The notes under the pieces: generated by a model | The model's database searches: none | Told to the model about the DNA's origin: nothing | The model's input: the letters and a program-made list of their open reading frames with translations, nothing else | Made by a program: the position numbers and the translations under genes | Shown: positions 52,045 through 64,000 of the stretch, in pieces | Position numbering within the stretch: the stretch's first letter is position 1 | Layout of the letters: each line of letters opens with the position of its first letter | Origin: the human T2T-CHM13v2.0 reference genome, Homo sapiens | DNA: 64,000 nt | Assembly (NCBI RefSeq): GCF_009914755.1 | Contig: NC_060948.1 | Reading direction: 5' to 3' (one strand)

Positions 52045-54682
52045 GTGCGGGGTGCGCGGGGTGAGCGGGGTGAGCGGGGTGCGCGGGGTGAGCGGGGTGC
52101 GCGGGGTGAGCGGGGTGCGCGGGGTGAGCGGGGTGAGCGGGGTGAGCCGGGTGCGCGGGGTGAGCCGGCTGCGCGGGGTGAGCGGGGTGAGCGGGGTGAG
52201 CGGGGTGAGCGGGGTGCGCGGGGTGAGCGGGGTGAGCGGGGTGCGCGGGGTGAGCGGGGTGAGCCGGGTGCGCGGGGTGAGCCGGGTGAGCGGGGTGCGC
52301 GGGGTGAGCGGGGTGAGCGGGGTGCGCGGGGTGAGCCGGGTGCGCGGGGTGAGCGGGGTGAGCCGGGTGCGCGGGGTGAGCGGGGTGAGCGGGGTGAGCC
52401 GGGTGAGCCGGGTGAGCCGGGTGCGCGGGGTGAGCCGGGTGCGCGGGGTGAGCGGGGTGCGCGGGGTGAGCGGGGTGCGCGGGGTGAGCCGGGTGCGCGG
52501 GGTGAGCGGGGTGCGCGGGGTGAGCGGGGTGCGCGGGGTGAGCCGGGTGCGCGGGGTGAGCGGGGTGAGCGGGGTGAGCCGGGTGCCCCGGGTGAGCGGG
52601 GTGCGCGGGGTGAGCCGGGTGCGCGGGGTGAGCGGGGTGAGCGGGGTGCGCGGGGTGAGCCGGGTGCGCGGGGTGAGCCGGGTGCGCGGGGTGAGCCGGG
52701 TGAGCGGGGTGAGCGGGGTGCGCGGTGCGCGGGGTGAGCGGGGTGCGCGGGGTGAGCCGGGTGCGCGGGGTGAGCGGGGTGAGCCGGGTGCCCCGGGTGA
52801 GCGGGGTGCGCGGGGTGAGCCGGGTGCGCGGGGTGAGCGGGGTGCGCGGGGTGAGCGGGGTGCGCGGGGTGCGCGGCGTGAGCCGGGTGCGCGGGGTGCG
52901 CGGGGTGAGCGGGGTGCGCGGGGTGCGCGGGGTGCGCGGGGTGAGCGGGGTGCGCGGGGTGCGCGGCGTGAGCCGGGTGCGCGGGGTGAGCGGGGTGCGC
53001 GGGGTGAGCGGGGTGCGCGGGGTGAGCCGGGTGCGCGGGGTGAGCCGGGTGAGCCGGGTGCGCGGGGTGAGCGGGGTGCGCGGGGTGAGCCGGGTGAGCC
53101 GGGTGCGCGGGGTGAGCCGGGTGCGCGGGGTGAGCGGGGTGCGCGGGGTGAGCCGGGTGCGCGGGGTGAGCGGGGTGCGCGGGGTGAGCGGGGTGCGCGG
53201 GGTGAGCGGGGTGCGCGGGGTGAGCCGGGTGCGCGGGGTGAGCGGGGTGAGCGGGGTGAGCCGGGTGCCCCGGGTGAGCGGGGTGCGCGGGGTGAGCCCG
53301 GTGAGCCGGGTGCGCGGGGTGAGCGGGGTGCGCGGGGTGAGCCGGGTGCGCAGGGTGAGCCGGGTGCGCGGGGTGAGCCGGGTGAGCGGGGTGAGCGGGG
53401 TGCGCGGTGCGCGGGGTGAGCGGGGTGCGCGGGGTGAGCCGGGTGCGCGGGGTGAGCGGGGTGAGCCGGGTGCCCCGGGTGAGCGGGGTGCGCGGGGTGA
53501 GCCGGGTGCGCGGGGTGAGCGGGGTGCGCGGAGTGAGCGGGGTGCGCGGGGTGCGCGGCGTGAGCCGGGTGCGCGGGGTGCGCGGGGTGAGCGGGGTGCG
53601 CGGGGTGCGCGGGGTGCGCGGGGTGAGCGGGGTGCGCGGGGTGCGCGGCGTGAGCCGGGTGCGCGGGGTGAGCGGGGTGCGCGGGGTGAGCGGGGTGCGC
53701 GGGGTGAGCCGGGTGCGCGGGGTGAGCGGGGTGCGCGGGGTGAGCCGGGTGCGCGGGGTGAGCGGGGTGCGCCGGGTGAGCGGGGTGAGCCGGGTGCGCG
53801 GGGTGCGCGGGGTGCGCGGGGTGCGCCGGGTGCGCGGGGTGAGCCGGGTGCGCGGGGTGAGCGGGGTGCGCGGGGTGCGCGGGGTGAGCCGGGTGCGCGG
53901 GGTGAGCGGGGTGAGCCGGGTGCGCGGGGTGAGCGGGGTGAGCCGGGTGCGCGGGGTGAGCGGGGTGCGCGGGGTGAGCCGGGTGCGCGGGGTGAGCGGG
54001 GTGCGCGGGGTGAGCCGGGTGCGCGGGGTGAGCGGGGTGCGCCGGGTGAGCGGGGTGAGCGGGGTGAGCCGGGTGCGCGGGGTGCGCGGGGTGCGCCGGG
54101 TGCGCGGGGTGAGCCGGGTGCGCGGGGTGAGCGGGGTGCGCGGGGTGCGCGGGGTGCGCGGGGTGAGCCGGGTGCGCGGGGTGAGCGGGGTGAGCCGGGT
54201 GAGCGGGGTGCGCGGGGTGAGCCGGGTGCGCGGGGTGAGCGGGGTGCGCGGGGTGAGCCGGGTGCGCGGGGTGCGCGGGGTGAGCCGGGTGCGCGGGGTG
54301 AGCGGGGTGCGCGGGGTGAGCGGGGTGCGCGGGGTGAGCCGGGTGCGCGGGGTGAGCCGGGTGCGCGGGGTGCGCGGGGTGCGCGGCGTGAGCCGGGTGC
54401 GCGGGGTGCGCCGGGTGCGCGGGGTGAGCGGGGTGAGCCGGGTGCGCGGGGTGAGCGGGGTGCGCGGGGTGAGCGGGGTGCGCCGGGTGAGCCGGGTGCG
54501 CGGGGTGAGCCGGGTGCGCGGGGTGAGCGGGGTGCGCGGGGTGAGCCGGGTGCGCGGGGTGAGCGGGGTGCGCCGGGTGAGCGGGGTGCGCGGGGTGAGC
54601 GGGGTGCGCCGGGTGAGCGGGGTGCGCGGGCTGAGCGGGGTGCGCCGGGTGAGCGGGGTGCGCGGGGTGAGCGGGGTGCGCC
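52045..54682. repeat. 9-bp CpG/G-rich VNTR, ~290 units (GCGGGGTGA, GCGGGGTGC, GCCGGGTGA, GCCGGGTGC variants)
   Basis: Strict 9-nt periodicity except two 7-nt units near 52722 and 53404; begins ~12 nt after the exon 9 donor. Confidence 0.98.
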
Positions 54683-54917
54683 ATCCTGGGTCACGGAAAC
54701 ACTCCTCTCCTGCAAAGGAGAGGAGATTCACTCCCCCAGTTTCTGTGACCCCAAAAAGGACCCTGAACCCGACGGTGAACTCACAGCTTGCTCTTACTCA
54801 CGAGAGGAGACGTGGAGGGGAAACAAGGTCGTCCCACTGACAGACACCCCCTGGGCCTTGTAATAAAGACCGAGGCGGGCGGATCACAAGGTCAGGAGAT
54901 CGAGACCATCCCGGCTA

Positions 54918-55208
<291 letters not shown>

Positions 55209-55349
55209 TCACCTGAGGTCAGGAGTTCGAGACCAGCCTGACCAACATGGAAAAACCCTGTCTCTACTAAAAATAGAAAAATTAGGTCAGGTGCTGTGGC
55301 TTAAGCCTGTAACCTCAGCTACCAGGGAGGCTGAGGCAGGAGAATCGCT

Positions 55350-63043
<7,694 letters not shown>

Positions 63044-63662
63044 TGAGTAGCTGGGATGACAGGCGCCCGCCACCACACCCGGCTACTGTTTGTATTTTTA
63101 TTAGAGACGGGCTTTCTGGCCATGTTGGCCAGGCTGGTCTCATACTCCCGACCTCAGGTGATCCGCCCGCCTTGGCCTCCCAAAGCGCTGGGATTACAGG
63201 CGTGAGCCACCGCGCCCGGCCAAATTCCTTTTTTCTGAAGCCACCAAGCTGTGGGACTTTTTTATGGCAGTCCCAGCAGACAGATCCACCCTCGTTCCAA
63301 ATAAGGTTATCATCATAGGTTCTGGGGGTGAGGTCATAGATGTATGTTTTTTTTTTTTTTTGGAGAGAGAGTCTCTCTCTATTGCCCAGGCTGGAGGGCA
63401 GTGGCGGCATCACGGCTCACTGTAGCCTCGACCTCCTGGGCTCAAGCGATCCTCTCGGGAGGCTAAGAGAGGAGAATCGTTTGAATCCGGGAGGCAGAGG
63501 TTGCAGTGAGCTGAGATAGCACCACAGCACTGCAGAGCGAGACTCTGTCTCAAAAAAAAAAAAAGAAAAAAGAAAAAAAATAGGCCGGGTGCGTGGCTGA
63601 CGCCTGTAATCCCAGCACTTTGGGAGGCCGAGGCGGGTGGATCACTTGAGGTCAGGAGTTCA

Positions 63663-63998
<336 letters not shown>

Positions 63999-64000
63999 CT

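Noticed and set aside
51849-54731. 900+ aa minus-strand ORFs (PAH/TPR/SPR repeats)
   Set aside because: They are a trivial result of a stop-free 9-bp repeat, with no promoter, splice or domain support.

Overview
Human genomic DNA, extremely Alu-dense, carrying the 5' part of IL3RA (interleukin-3 receptor alpha, CD123; pseudoautosomal region 1) on the + strand. I can resolve a TATA promoter (~23.5 kb), a non-coding exon 1 and coding exons 2-9, all with GT-AG boundaries and consistent phases. They encode the signal peptide and most of the ectodomain through the LSAWS (WSXWS-like) motif. The transmembrane and cytoplasmic exons lie beyond the window. The rest is Alus, MaLR LTRs (MLT1/THE1), L1 and Tigger fragments, and many tandem repeats. 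Several of these repeats are visibly amplified from transposon pieces or from a splice-donor-like motif. Nearly all long ORFs in the track are repeat artefacts. The most intriguing observation is a 2.6-kb 9-bp CpG/G-rich VNTR starting about 12 nt after the exon 9 donor. It reads in frame with IL3RA as a collagen-like Gly-X-Y tract, is packed with GGTGAG donor-like sites, and is followed by a stop codon overlapping AATAAA. This is a hypothesis from sequence only; I cannot establish a new biological system from this window.
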